The position numbers were made by a program, and so were the translations under genes. The notes below the pieces were generated by a model, which was not told the DNA's origin, searched no databases, and saw only the letters and a list, made by a program, of their open reading frames with translations. This document shows, piece after piece, positions 26,008 to 42,947 of a stretch of DNA of 64,000 nucleotides. The number at the start of each line of letters is the position of its first letter. Position 1 is the first letter of the stretch. Origin of the DNA: Eledone cirrhosa (lineage: Eukaryota); contig OZ024743.1 in assembly GCA_964016885.1 (NCBI GenBank), positions 230,144,001 through 230,208,000 on the forward strand, read 5' to 3'.

Positions 26008-28351
26008 GCAGATAATAACAGTCACAGTAAAGAAAAGAAGTGGGATGAAGAAGAGAATAAAATCAGGAAATTAAAATCACTGAATACAAAATACAATAAA
26101 TGCATAAGAAAGAGATAAGAGTAGGGGATGGGGGTACGATGTTGTATGTGTTGTCCGGTCAGAGATTTTGCAAATCCGATGAGTCACAGAATTGCAGCAA
26201 CAAATATGCAACCCACTTAACCACAATGTCATCTCGGACTTGGGATCGTGTCAATTAAAGGAGTCTGTAGCTCGTGCAACATTATATTAATTAGAACTGG
26301 TCTATTATGAAGCTAATGTTATGGGTCAGTGCGGCTATCACCACTTATTCAGGAAATCTTGCAACGATGCTGATTCACATTTTTATTCATCACATTCTAC
26401 AGATATTTACGGCGAGTTGATAGAAGGAGAAAAAAAAAACCGTGTAAATGCCAATTCGGCCGTAATACACTCACCATTCCTGCATTTTAAGAGGACATTT
26501 TCAATTGAATGTTCTTATCAAAGCTATTCTATGATTTGGCTGGTTGTCTTCGACTCAACAGCTACTCCTAGTAATTGATTCTAGTTTGTAGTACTAGATT
26601 GTTGCGTTGCTTTGTTTGGCAGTTTATGTGAATATTCTCTTGTTGACTAATGGAATTCCAAGATGTCGTCTTTGTGTAGGTTGACGTTTCCTGTTATTAT
26701 CTTATAAGCATATATCATGTTTCCTGTCAGCCGTCTGTGTTGTATTCAAAGGATATCAAGTGCTTTAATTTCAAATTAATACTGCATGTACTTTAAGGGT
26801 GTGCTTAGATTTAGCAAATAGCTAAATATGTTTATTGAAGTATACAGAACTTATTGTGAAAATATAATACCAATCACTTAGAAATACACCAGAATAAAGA
26901 TATTACGTATAGTGTCATATCAAATGACAAAATAACATATACCATTAGGGTTTTCAGGGACACATGCAGCTTTCAGACTGGTGTATACCAGAGTAGCTTG
27001 TACTAATATTCCAAGAGAGCGAGTAGGACTAACCTGTTTGTTACCATATCTTGAAATACTATCTGGATATTCATGAAATAATATTTGTTACTGGAGAAAA
27101 TTTCAACTTTCATGAGCCCAGTAGTTATAAAACGCTGATATACAATACTGCATCGCTCATTTAGTTCAAATGGAATTACCTAAAACACTCTTCTACTTAA
27201 ACACTAGTTCAGAAAGACAAGAACTATCGCTTTTATACTAAATCAACCCTGACCTAAGAGGATGAGCTGAGCATAGCAACCCACAGGGATACGCGATTTT
27301 TGCTAGAAAATGGTGAACGTGGGAAATGTTTAGCCTCTTACCTCGTATATCATACACTTAACCACCGCATGAAAAAAATGTGCTGTCTAGTTCTGATTCA
27401 GGCAAAGTATTGGTATATCTAGACCAATATATATATGAGTGTGTGTTTATCGCACTTAGTCGTTCCGACGAATACCTTCGTGTTATAGGTCAGCTATTTT
27501 ACAGCTCTCTCGAGGCTACACAGCACCAATAAGTACAACGAAAGCAACTAAAGAACAGTATCAAGCCATCAAGGGTCACAGGTCCACATATTCAGAACTG
27601 TTAAAAGCCAAACAGTAACAATGTAATGAGAAGAATCTACGCGATTTCTCATTCTACCAGAAACATTAACCAAATCTTCTTCAAACCGTCCACTACCATC
27701 TTTGAAGAGACTTTTTACAAAGTGGTCAATATAACTACTAATTTGAAAGAATGCTGAGATGGTCATAATTGAAACGCTTTTATCATGTAGCGGTGAATTG
27801 GCAGGTCAGAGTCTTAAAGGCGACGATATTTGTTCCGACTCTCTGATCTCTGAATTTAAATCGCAGTGGGGTCAACTGTCCATTATGGGTTGATATATAT
27901 ATAGTTCCAGTCCCAGCGCAGTGCCTTGGCGGAGAGTTGTTAAAGCTTTGTGATAAATATTCCAGCTCGGTACATTCTGAGTTCAAATTCCGCTTCCTAT
28001 TGCGCAGAGTTGCGAATGGTAGAGAACCTGGTTTATTTGGTCCCATCAAACAACCAGCTCCATTCCATACCGGTTTTTTAAGCACGACTATGCAGAAGGC
28101 GAGAGTTGAACAACAGCAGCAACAGTAATAAGAAAAACGTTACCAATATCTCATAGAAAAAATATGGACTGATTTTTCTAATCATAAATAATCAGTTTGG
28201 CATCGTGTTTTAATTATCATTAATTGCCCACAGATCTTAAACGGAAGACGACTTCGTTTCAACATATTAATTAATGAGACGGCTAAGTCGTTCTACACAT
28301 TTCATATATGCTAGACTGATTAAGCTTTAACACTTCTAATGACTCTGTGTG

Positions 28352-28419
<68 letters not shown>

Positions 28420-29941
28420 CATATATGAACATATGTATGTATATAATATATTTAGATATATAATTCACATACACTTTTATGAATTATACACGTGTTTATA
28501 AACACACACGCACATAAATATACATACATATACATATATATTCTTTGACTGATGCTATTAGTAGAGAATATAAAGAGACCTGAAATTCAAGTAAAGTATT
28601 CAATACATGAAGTAGAGAGGATATATTAATATGTGAAGAGGAGGATTTTAACAGGACTAATTATGTTTCCTTCAATTAAGTTTGGCCAGAAAAGTTCTTA
28701 ATTAAAAGAAGCAGAACTATACCTGTAAGAAACACGCATATATATAATGTATGTGTGTGTGCGTGTGTGTGTGTGTGTGTATTTATATATTTAATACAGA
28801 AGAAATGGCTAATATAGAACTAGAACTATTTTATTTAAAATAAATCATAAGGTTTCTTGCATGAAACAGTTATAGTCTTGTACTTGTAGAAGCCATTTCT
28901 ATATTAACTATGATGTTTGCACTCTACTATTGTATTGAGTACCTTACTTACTGTGCCTACCCCCGATTGAACCCGAGACTCACACAAACACACACTCACA
29001 TTCACACACAATGATGAGAGAGAAAGAGATAAATTCACAGATAGATAGAAAAATATCGATATATAAATTGCAGAATCGTGATTGAAAACATTTAAACTGG
29101 CTATGGATTGGCAAGCTCGGGAAAACCTGAACTATCACATGATAATTTAAGCTGGCGTGAAACCGAGGTAATGTTGGTGTGAAATATAAAATACTGACTA
29201 AGACACGCACACATATACAGTCATGCACCAACGATAATACGTACACAGACCCTGAAACAACTAAACACTTACACGTATACAAACGTACTCATCTACACAC
29301 ATACATATATCTAAGCACAAGCAACTATATATGCATAGAAATAAACGTACCACAAATACATGCATTTATAAAGGTATACGGACACGGGCACACACAATAC
29401 ACGTACACACACACACAGATATATATATATGTACAAACGTATGTGTATATATATATATGTGTATATATATATATATGTATACGATATTAATAAATGGAAA
29501 CTATATTTATAAAACCATATTTATTTCATTATACATATTTCAGGGATACCAAATTAAATTATGGTATGCCTTATGGTATGCCTTCAGACTACAGTGCAAT
29601 AATAAACTTCCTATCTAGATATCTACAACCTGAGATTACCTAAATCTAAGAAAACCCACACAATTTGCAGGTCCATTTCGACCTACCTGATGACGTGCTG
29701 CGGGCGGAATCGGTTCAGTGTGGCGCTGGGCGATCAACAATTTTCAGAACGCTATAGGAATGATTTTAATAAATTATATGTAGATATGAGCACGCAAACT
29801 TTATCACGAGAATTCACATCAAGAGACTGTCAATTAAATATTGCCAAAGAATATGATCTTCTCTGTAAATATTTACACTTGGTAAATGAGTGCTACTTAT
29901 TCAAAATACTGATAAGAAATACTTGTTACCTTTAAAAAATG

Positions 29942-30290
29942 TACGAAGGGCGACAAAAACATTTTGGGATTCCAAGAAATGTTATCATATATACATATTT
30001 TCTTGATATATTGTTCAACCTTTTCTCCTTTTGATTCAATCCTCCATCGCCATCCCAAAGATAAGGTCACTATTCTCTGAAGTGGCACTGTTGATGACCT
30101 CCCTGACCTCAGGTCATCTTCCACACCTTCCTTTCCATGCTTGAATTCATTGACCCAACGTTTGATCGGGGCATAAGACGGGGCTTCTTCTTCTCCGAAT
30201 GTGTCTTGAATGTCGTTATGGATCTTAGCTGGGTCTATGCTTTTTAAGTGCGGATAGTTGATCACTGCTAGATACTCGTTTCTCCATGTT
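29942..30290 (-). mobile_element. Mariner transposase N-terminal (HTH) remnant, internally deleted
   Basis: PAKIHNDIQDTFGEEEAPSYAPIKRWVNEFKHGKEGVEDDLRSGR; TIR-like tacgaagggcg at 29942. Confidence 0.85.
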
Positions 30291-30667
30291 TCAAAAAATA
30301 CCTGAGTACATAAACTTTAAGTACCCTCAGAAAGGAATGAAAAATAACATTCAGACAAGAAAACCTGTCTAACACTCTACAAACATGTCGCAGATTTCAC
30401 AGACAAAATTACATTTGCATAACTAATTGTTTTCTGCCTGACCTCAAAATTAATCAGTCGCAAATCCTCATTTATTGAAACTGTTAGGAGAAAACATAAA
30501 TAAGGTTGAAAAGCTAATTCATGATTTCAACAATGGAGGATTATTCATTACATCTTCCCATAAATTACTTTTATGTCTCATTCTTTCTCTACCGAACTTA
30601 TAGCATATTCTATAGCTTTCTAAATGGATTAATATCTGCACTAATTAAATATTTCTAATGTTCTTAT

Positions 30668-30862
30668 TAATAATTGTTTCTACTTTTGACACAAGGCCAG
30701 CAGTTACTCAGTGCATTACTGGTACTTTATTTTATCGACCCCCGTATGGATGAAAGGCAAAGTTAACCTCGGCGGGATTTGAACTCAGAATGGCAAGGAC
30801 CGTAACTCTATGCGTCAAAGCATGGCGTATGACCCTCTACCGATACTGCCAATCCACCGCCC
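30668..30862 (-). mobile_element. tRNA-derived SINE (Octopus-type)
   Basis: Reverse complement of tggattggcagtatcggtagag...gagttcaaatcccgccgaggttaactttgcctttcatcc...gtcgataaaataaagtaccagt...gaaacaattatt. Confidence 0.85.
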
Positions 30863-30958
30863 TTAATAATGAATGTATGAAATCCATTTTATATCACAAT
30901 GTTTCTACACACACACACACGCACACACAAACACAAATATATTTATATATACATATAT

Positions 30959-31167
<209 letters not shown>

Positions 31168-31329
31168 CTATATATATATATATAAAACAATGGAATAGTG
31201 GTAAGGAACCAGATGGACCATAACGCACCAGAGTACTCAATAATTAGGGTAGTAAAGTGGAAATAGGAAAAAGTACGACCCCGACGGCAGAGCTCAAGCC
31301 GTTTCGACGGCTATTTCTGGGTCATACTT

Positions 31330-31372
<43 letters not shown>

Positions 31373-32233
31373 TATATATACATATATACATATATATATT
31401 TGTGTGTGTGTGTGTTATGTCGTATTTAATTTCTGCAATTAGCCTAGAATCATATCACGACCTTCAAATATTTATCTTTGTAAATTTCGTTGAGCTGTTG
31501 AAATACTCTCGAATAAAGTACAATGATGAATACCTTGTTGAAATAAAATATGCTCTCATTTTTCAGGGAAAGACACTTAAGGAGTATATACATATAGCGG
31601 TTATGACTTAATGAATGTAAGTTATGTGACAAATGTAAGTATGAGATGCTGCAAGCCCATGTCCGTTATTTATGTTTTAACGAAAATGCTTAGAAATGTG
31701 AACGGCGAAAACAAACGCGTTATTTGTTTAAAATAGAGGTATTTATTTTGTCAAATATTTTATTTTAAAATACATTCAAAACTTCGGATACTTCGCAGAA
31801 ATAACAAGGGTGAAATCACTCCTATGTCATTAAATACGGTAGATGATATTCGCAGATAACTCTTAGATTACAACATTCATTTGGGCATAATTATGATCAA
31901 ATGACTGTAACTGCAGTTATTTTCTCGGCTTGAACATCCACATTTTATACATTTATTTCCTCAGTGCTTCATAAGTTCAAAAATTTGAGCTCCACACAAG
32001 ATAATTATTTACATTTTGAAATTGTAAGTATATATTCAACCAAACGTATATATAGATACAAATACGCACATATATATTTACACATACATACATACATATT
32101 AGGGTGAATATAGTTATACCAGCAACACAGCTATATGCAAATTGTAGTCATAAAAATATAATTTAGTCCATTTACTAATTTGTTGGTGGAAAAATAATTT
32201 CGATTTCCGATTCGTAGCAATTAATTGCATTCA

Positions 32234-32645
32234 TGGAATGATGTGGTGCTGGAATCGTGTGGAGTGTGGCTGGTATAGAATGGTGTGGTGCTGGAATAGA
32301 ATGGTGTGGTGCTGGTATGGCATGGTGTGGTGCTATTATGGAATGGTGTGGTGTTGTTATGGAATGGTGTGGTGCTATTATGGAATGGTGTGGTGCTGTT
32401 ATGGAATGGTGTGGTGCTGGTATGGATGGCGTGGTGCTCGTATTGTGGGGTTTGTGGCTGGTATAGAATGGTATGGTATTGGTATGGAATGGTATGGTGT
32501 TGGTGTGGAATGGTTTCGTGCTGTTATTGTGTCGTGTAGTGCTGGTATCGTGTGGTATGTTGCTTGTATGGAATGGTGTGGTGCTGGTATTGTGTGGTTG
32601 CTGGCTTGTATGAATGCTGTGTTGTTGGTATCGAGCTGTGTGGTT
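32234..32645. repeat. 20-bp minisatellite (tatggaatggtgtggtgctg), decaying
   Basis: About 20 imperfect tandem units; this explains the Cys/Trp-rich spurious ORFs. Confidence 0.9.
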
Positions 32646-32711
32646 TTGGGGAGAGAACTTGATATTATTTTACTGTGTATATGTACTTTCATTATGAATA
32701 AATATATAAGG

Positions 32712-32900
32712 GTGGTGGTTTGGCAGTATCGGTAGAGGGTCGGACAATATGCTTTGTAGCACAGAGTTACGCCCCTTTCTGATCTGAGTTCAAATCCTGC
32801 CGAGGTTAACTCTGCCTTTCATCCTTACGGGGTCGATAAAATAAAGTACCAGTAATGCACTGAGTAATTGCTGGCCTTGTGCCAAGAGTAGAAACAATTA
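32712..32900 (+). mobile_element. tRNA-derived SINE, same family as 30668
   Basis: A box tggcagtatcggt, B box gagttcaaatc, shared tail. Confidence 0.85.
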
Positions 32901-33352
32901 TGAATAAATATATATGCATGTATGTATGCCTGTGTCCGTTACTGTATGTACAGATATACTCCTGTCATATATATGTAAATACACACACACACACACTCAT
33001 ATATATGTATATATATATATATATATACGTGCATACATACACAATCACATATATATAGTGTACAAATTAAAGGTTATAAAATTGAAGAATTCTGTAGATA
33101 TCAATATATATTAGAATGATAGATATGTTGTTGAAAGCACATGGAAGTTTCTTTTAATATATATAGGCTGATTTACACACTAAAAAATAAATAGCTCATG
33201 CAAAATGAGTTATATCTTTTAAAGAGAATTAATCTTGCTTATTGAGTGTGTTTTTGAACTGACAGATTTTAACTATGGGTAGCTGTTACATTTGTGTTTG
33301 TTTATCCTTTAACAGGAGTACTTTGGTGCCAATTAAATCCTTTTTATACATA

Positions 33353-33394
<42 letters not shown>

Positions 33395-33517
33395 AACAAA
33401 TATGACAGTTACTTTAGTCCGTCCCTCTTTATTTTATAATAAGAAGTCATTAATTTGAAGGATCCAACATTTTGTATGCTTATGAAAATAGATAATATCT
33501 CTCCTAAAAATTTCTCA

Positions 33518-33842
33518 CGTCCCTTTATGATCTGAGTTCAAATCCCGCCGAGGTTGACTTTGCCTTTCATCCTTACAGGGTCGATAAAATAAAGTACCAG
33601 TAATGCACTGGGTAATTGCTGGCCTTGTGCCTAAAGTAGAAACAATTATTTATGGTGGATTGGCAGTATCGGTAGAGGGTCGGACGCCATGCTTTCTAGC
33701 ATAGTTACGTCCCTTTACGATCTGAGTTCAAATCCCGCCGAGGTTGACTTTGCCTTTCATCCTTACGTGGTCGATAAAATAAAGTACCAGTAATGCACTG
33801 GGTAATTGCTGGCCATGTGCCTAAAGTAGAAACAATTATTTA
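33518..33842 (+). mobile_element. Two tandem SINE copies (5'-truncated 33518-33651; full 33652-33842)
   Basis: Same family consensus. Confidence 0.85.
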
Positions 33843-33917
33843 TTGAACATACTCGACGTACTGCAACTCACCCGTCATCATTTGTCTTGTTGATGGTGCG
33901 AGAACGGAGTTAATTAT

Positions 33918-34260
33918 TATAAAATAACTGGAGGCTGGACAGGTGTAATTCCTTAAAAGGTTTATTATACTATGATCACTTCAGTGACCGGGTTCAGTAT
34001 GAATCCGGTGACATCATCAGGTATTCGAAATTTTACAAAGGAATATAATAGACAAAATCCATGGGGCTGAAAAGCAGTGACAAGAGGGCGGCCGAACATT
34101 TAGCAGCTTCTAGCCCGGTCAGCCGCCCCCAAGTCTATTATTTTGTCTATTATATTCCTGATGATGTCACCGGATTTATACTGAACCCGGTCACTGAAAT
34201 GATCATAGTATAATAAACCTTTTAAGGAATTACACCCGTCCAGCCACCTGTTATTTCATT
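33918..34260. mobile_element. Fold-back PLE 3' end carrying two opposed hammerheads
   Basis: Arms ~33920-34022 / 34157-34258. Minus 33967-34024: atac-CTGATGA-tgtcaccgg..ccggtcact-GAAG-tgatca-TA-gtat. Plus 34158-34211 has an intact GAAA. Confidence 0.85.
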
Positions 34261-35237
34261 ATATATATATATTCACGTGGTATGTTCAATAAATAATGAG
34301 ACATTTTCGGAAGAGACATTATTTATTTTCATTAATTTACAAAACTTTGGATCCTTCAAATTAATGACTTCTCCCATCTAGACACTACTTGCGCTGAATT
34401 CTTCTCCACTTCTTCAAGACCTCCTGCTCTCAGTCTTTCGTCTGCAATCCCATCAGGAAATTCGCCTCCTTCATCTTCTTTTATCAATCGATTATGATTC
34501 CCCATGTGTCTATGTAAAAGCGAGTGATTCCCCTGCGTACGAACAGGAATAAGTCAAAATGAGTCATCTCGAGGCTCTCGTGTGTGTGTGTCTTTGGGTT
34601 ACCACTTTCTTTCACTTGTTGCTCATCCAGATGGTTAGCAGCATTGATTTGTGACAGGGGTCATTCTCTTTTTGGAACCACTTCTCTGCACCCTCAACTT
34701 TTTCATCCCCTTCTTCAACATTTTCAAAAATTAAATGTAATAATCCTTATTGACAATATGACCTACAGAAACCCGGGGAGACAAATATATATAAAACTGT
34801 AGCAAATTTCGGTCGCTATTACTAACAATAGCTTTAGAAAATAGGGACGAGAAAGAAAATATATGGAACTAGCTTTTGAAACGGCAGGTGTTGAGCCTCC
34901 GTGTCGCTGATTTCAGTCTTTAAACAGCGGAATGAAGAGAAAGCGAGCGACAAAACGGAGGGAATGAAAGCCCTGCGTTAACATATGAGGCAACAGCAAG
35001 TTGATTTTGAAAAATAATGAAGCAAGATTTTGTGAACGTGGTTTTCTGCTGTAGTAAGTTCACTGTAAGGAGATGGATGAGTAACGCAGATTTTAAGGTG
35101 TAAGGTGTCTTTGTGTGTGTGTGCAAGTGCTTGTGTCTTGTAAAAGTGATTGATTACCGGGTAAGCCGGTAGAATCTGTATCTACGTATTTGTAACTTTT
35201 ATGGATGTATATATATATATATATGTGTGTATGTGTG

Positions 35238-35311
<74 letters not shown>

Positions 35312-35322
35312 TACACACACAG

Positions 35323-35358
<36 letters not shown>

Positions 35359-35368
35359 GTATATACAT

Positions 35369-35463
<95 letters not shown>

Positions 35464-35563
35464 CATATATATGCACATATAGAATGTTTAGAGAAAAAAA
35501 CATATATAAACCTATTTTATTCGTAATATGTTTATCTGCCAAACACACGTAAATATATAGGTG

Positions 35564-35601
<38 letters not shown>

Positions 35602-35627
35602 TATATATATGTGTGTGCGTATGTGTG

Positions 35628-35696
<69 letters not shown>

Positions 35697-36619
35697 TGTA
35701 TGTGTGTGTGTATGTGTGTGGTTGCGTGTGTGTATTTGCATATATATATATATATATAAACGCATGATTATGCGCACACAGATTACTATGCATCTATTTA
35801 TACACGTGTTATGCGTTTTGTGTGAGTCCGTGCGTTATTTTTCTTGCCAATTAACTGACGATTCCTACACATCATTTGTTTGTGAAAATCGGTTTAAAAA
35901 CAAGATTTATCAAAATCAAAGGAATTTGTTTCTTTGCTACGTGGTATGCCAAGCAATTAGATAAATAATGACCTATCGTGTTGGCTGAGAGAAATCCGGT
36001 TATATGTAGGGCTGTACGTTAAGCAAAACACCTGAACGTATTTGTGTCCATCATGTCATTTGTTAGCCTCAGACCTATCTCGCTCCAGTTGACTAATAAT
36101 TAAAGCCATTCCTGTCATGGCCATCCTGTATATTTTTCATATCTATAAATACATTTTTCGGAATATTTGTATATATTTTGTGTTTCTCCCTTTGATAATT
36201 GGGCGTGAGATGAGGAGGAATTTGCGGCGATTACTTGAAGTTTGAGTTACCTGATTCATGCATTTATATTGGCTTACTAATGTTGTATTAGAAGAGATTT
36301 TTCTTCCTTATGCCTACGTTGGCACTGAATAATAGTTGTTAACACCCAATATGTTTTATACGCTGCACTACATCACCTAATGGATTTTTTACTTTTATAG
36401 ATAGTTGGATGCGTTATGTATGAGATATCACTGCACTTTCTAGCAGGTGGAGTAGTGATATAGATGGTTCTTATGTGGCTCTGATGGTATAAATTGGGGC
36501 TGTTGAGTCAGATAACTGTAGTATTTTTAAAAAACTGTTTACTTGTTTGTCAGAATATGTGATTACATAGCTGTTCTCCCTCCACACGCACACGTATTTT
36601 TTTTTCTTTTATTTACTAC

Positions 36620-36723
36620 AGAAATGACTTCTACAGGACTAGAACTATTTCATTCGTATGAAATCATCAAGAATGATGATTTCATACGAATAAAATTCTT
36701 CTAGTCCTGTAGAAGTTATTTCT
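36620..36723. repeat. Small fold-back element with decayed HHR; relatives ~28800-28905 and 55495-55555
   Basis: Palindrome around aagaa. The 55495-55533 copy reads gattc-TTGATGA-tttc tcac gaat-GAAA-cagt-TC-tagtc. Confidence 0.6.
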
Positions 36724-36750
36724 ATATTAAATGTTAATTGTGGTTACTCC

Positions 36751-36813
<63 letters not shown>

Positions 36814-36881
36814 GGATTTAGCTTCGAGCACTGTTGCATACAATATGTATTGGAATTTCGTATTTCTAAAGAAATACAATA

Positions 36882-38855
<1,974 letters not shown>

Positions 38856-38857
38856 CA

Positions 38858-39042
38858 TTTGGCAGTATCGGTAGAAGGTCAGACGCCGTGCTTTGCAGCA
38901 AAGAGTTACGGCCCTTTATGGTCTGAGTTCAAATCCCGCCGAGGTTAACTTTGCCTTTCATCCCTACGGGGTCGATAAAATAAAGTACCAGTAATACACT
39001 GGGATAATTTATGGCCTTGTGCCAAAAGTAGAAACAATTATT
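38858..39042 (+). mobile_element. tRNA-derived SINE
   Basis: Same family as 32712. Confidence 0.85.
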
Positions 39043-39150
39043 ACATCTGAAAGCGCTCGACATTTCTGGAGCATTATGAAGACGGGTGAGTTGCATTACG
39101 TTAAGTGCTCTCCATAATATTACATCGAGGTTGACCATACGGAATGATCA

Positions 39151-39267
<117 letters not shown>

Positions 39268-39307
39268 ATGTAGAAAAGTAACATACGAGTAGATATATAT
39301 AAAAATA

Positions 39308-39826
39308 AAATAGTAGAAAGGAAAAATATTTTTTTCAGTAGAAAATGTTGAACAGATTTTTTCAGTGAAGTATCAAAACATTAATTTATTTACAATACCG
39401 GTTTTAGCATTATATGTATGGTCAATTACAGATATGCAAAATATTGTTAAGTTGCATATTTGTACAAATAGTTATAATGATAATTGTTTCTTATATAGGC
39501 ACAAAGACAGCAATTTGGGGGAGGGGAAAATCGATTAAATCGACCCCAGTGCCTGACTGGTACCTTATCTTATCGTACCAGTCAGGCACTGGGTCGATTT
39601 AATCGACATTCCCATCCCCCAAAATTGCTGGCCGTGTGCCTATATAAGAAACAATTATTATCACTATTTGTACAAATATGCAACTTAACAATATTCTGCA
39701 TATCCGCAAATGACAATGCATATAATGATGAAACCGGTATTGTAAATAAATTAATATTTTGATATTTCACTGAAAAAATCTCTTCAACATTTTCTACTGA
39801 AAAAATCTTTTTCGTTTCTACTATTT
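39308..39826. repeat. ~520-bp palindrome; each arm is a SINE tail plus an HHR-bearing PLE end
   Basis: Centre ~39568. SINE tail gtaccagtc...gcctatataagaaacaattatt. HHR at 39706-39743: gcaa-(A)TGACAA-tgcat ata atgat-GAAA-ccgg-TA-ttgt, then aataaa. Confidence 0.85.
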
Positions 39827-39892
<66 letters not shown>

Positions 39893-39897
<5 letters not shown>

Positions 39898-42190
39898 AAT
39901 TACATGAATCAAAGTTCTGTTTAAACCATTTATTCGCTTACAATTGTTTCTTCCAAACCGAGGTTTGGTGTCTTCGGAGCAATTTTTCAATGATTGTTTA
40001 CATACATGACCTCCTTTTCAACACAAGAAATATATGTATATCATCATGCACAGTGGGTTGACATCCATTATAATATTTTAGCATGGCAATTTACATTCAA
40101 AGATTAAAGTCATATTAAAGAACAAAATTAAAGTTAAAATACAACATTGGCAGTTTACGAAGATAAAGGAAGAGGATAGTTTGAAGTAGTTAGTTACACG
40201 TGGGGCATGCACGTGTGTCTTATTTATATAAGATTATGGTGCGGCAGGGTGTTATATGTAATACAAGCACTTTAAGCGGGCAATCAAGAGTATTATGGGG
40301 GTCGTATTGGTAAAGTATTTTTTTATATGTATGATATAGAAGCCTGTGTGTAGAGAAATATTAAAAATGAGAAGCAAAACAATGGTATGGTTTTCGTATA
40401 CACCACCATTTTCACAATCCAGGAAACGTAATATATAGATTATATGTCCTTCACATAATCTACGATGATTCAATATTGGATGATTATTTATTAATAAATG
40501 TTGTACCCTCTGTCTACTAGAGACCCATACTATTATCTTCTCAAACTATAACCTCCTTAATAAAAAATCAGAAGTGTTCGCGTCTTGCCAGCACCGCTTC
40601 TGACACTCCTTCCAAAACTTTAAACCCAATATATAACAATGTCAGACTTGAACCCGTCACCACCTCTAGCAAAAAACCTCAAGGGCACACCTTACACCAC
40701 ATCTCCACACTCATTGATCCACTTTAACACAAATAGTGACATCCTCCTAGTACCTTTTACCCTAGAGATATCCCCATGTACATCTACTTTTGGTATATTT
40801 GCCTTCAATTACTTAGACTACATTATACCACTATATAATTAATGTAAACTTTAAACACTGAATTGGTTGTGCTAATGTTCTGTGTATGGAGTGCCATCAT
40901 TGGATAAATGGAAGATTAATTAATTTATTAACATAAAAGAGCTATATAACCTATATGCTGAGTGCAATGAATTATGTACAAGTGATGTATGAGTTATACA
41001 TACATTTGTGACTTGATGGTCAGATTAGTGACATTGTAAGTGAGAATTGATCTCTAGTCTTCCTTAGTGATATTTAACTTTGCCATGCAATCAGACATGC
41101 ACTGACCCAGAGCTTACCAGGAGTTATATATAGAAGTGATTCTAATAAAACCCTGCCAGGTTCTGCGGGTAGACTACACTTACAAAGATCATTGATTTGG
41201 GGATCTGACTCTTCATGTAGAATATTCAGTTGTGGCACTCTATGATAGAAGGTAATCATCCTAATATGAACACCTTTAGTACTTCTTGATAGACTATACT
41301 GTAATTTATAGATAAGATACTTAAATTTAGAAACTGTTTATAACCTTATATGATAGGGACTCATTTGAGACACCATTTAATGTAGATTAGGATAATAAAT
41401 TTAGTTATAGAAATCAAGTAGTTACCTCCCCTCACGCATTAATTCCCCTTAATCACACACAGACTTCCGGAAAATAATACGATGTCAATTCTCGCAACGA
41501 AAACAACCTGCTCTATAAAATTGGATTAAAGAACAACAAGCTGTAATATTCTAACATAATTCATCAAGCATCCAATATTGAATCATCGTAGATTATGTGA
41601 AGGACATATAATCTATATATTACGTTTCCTGGATTGTGAAAACGGTGGTGTATACGAAAACCATAACATTGTTTGCTTCTCATTTTTAATATTTTTAATA
41701 TTTCTCTACACACAAGCTTCTATATCATACATATAAAAAAAATACTTTACCAATACAACCCCCATAATACTCTTGATTGCCCGCTTAAAGTGCTTGTATT
41801 ACATATAACACCCTGCCGCACTATAATCTTATATAAATAAGACACACGTGCATGCCCCACGTGTAACTATTGCATACACTAACTACTTCAAACTATCCTC
41901 TTGCTTTATCTTCGTAAATTGCCAATGTTGTATTTTAACTTTAATTTTGTTCTTTAATATGACTTTAATCTTTGAATGTAAATTGCCATGCTAAAATATT
42001 ATAATGGATTTCAACCCACTGTGCATCAATATATGCATATGTTTCTGTATGTCTCTTGTATTGAAAAGGAGGTCATGTATGTAAACAATCATTGAACAAT
42101 TGCTCCGAAGTCACCAAACCTCGGTTTGGAAGAAACAATTGTAAGCGAATAAATGTTTTAAACAGAACTTTGATTCATGTAATTTCTATA
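39893..42190 (-). mobile_element. Decayed PLE (GIY-YIG remnants) with ~600-bp inverted terminal arms
   Basis: Arms 39893-40482 / 41569-42190. The minus-strand interior shows ARREHF(W)..GYN-like and MYMG remnants. Confidence 0.75.
39935..39981 (-). ncRNA. Hammerhead (CCGAAGA core); mirror copy 42101-42147 (+)
   Basis: tgct-CCGAAGA-caccaaacc tc ggtttggaa-GAAA-caattg-TA-agcg-aataaa. Confidence 0.75.
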
Positions 42191-42326
42191 TGCTCTGTAG
42201 AAAAACTGATGTTATTACATTGAGCTATTTATCTCACTGGTAATAAGGTAGTAATACATTACTGTCTTTCACTATTTAGGGTTTGAAATATATATAACTA
42301 TAAAAGGTTTTAGTATATACATAACC

Positions 42327-42362
<36 letters not shown>

Positions 42363-42947
42363 TAATAAAATAATGAATAAACAAAGAAACAGTTCCTTAT
42401 ATTAAACAAATTCATCATTTTACGATCGTTTCTAGGATATATATGTGTTAGAGTTGGTATGCATATTCTATAGATCTATGTACAATATTTATACAAACTA
42501 TCAGAGGGAATATACATACCTACACATATATATGCTGTCTTCAGAAATAATGATATTTGTTTATTGAAAAAAACAAAGATTCAATACAATAGGTCTGTTT
42601 GGGAACAGGTTTTGAATTGACCAATAGAGAGATAGTGAGGGTCAAGATAGTAATATAGTAGTAGAAGAACCTTAAATTATGGGTAGAGGAAGGTAGATTT
42701 CAGTTTTGGATGGAAAAGAATATTTTGAATGAAGGATTATTTTAGGGAAGAAATAGGTCTTATGCTGACCTCAGAAATAATTTTATTTGTTCATTGGATA
42801 AAACCAACAAAGATCTAATATATTCTGTCTGTTTGGTAAGAGGTTTAGAATTAACCAATAGAAAGTTAATAATTGGCCAAATGGTAAAATAGTAGTAATT
42901 GAAGCTTATTTTAGGGGTGAAAATAGGTCAGGTGGTCATAAAAGGTA

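Noticed and set aside
32238-32735. Cys/Trp-rich 165-aa ORF or CRISPR-like array
   Set aside because: 20-bp minisatellite without unique spacers; the period is not a multiple of three.
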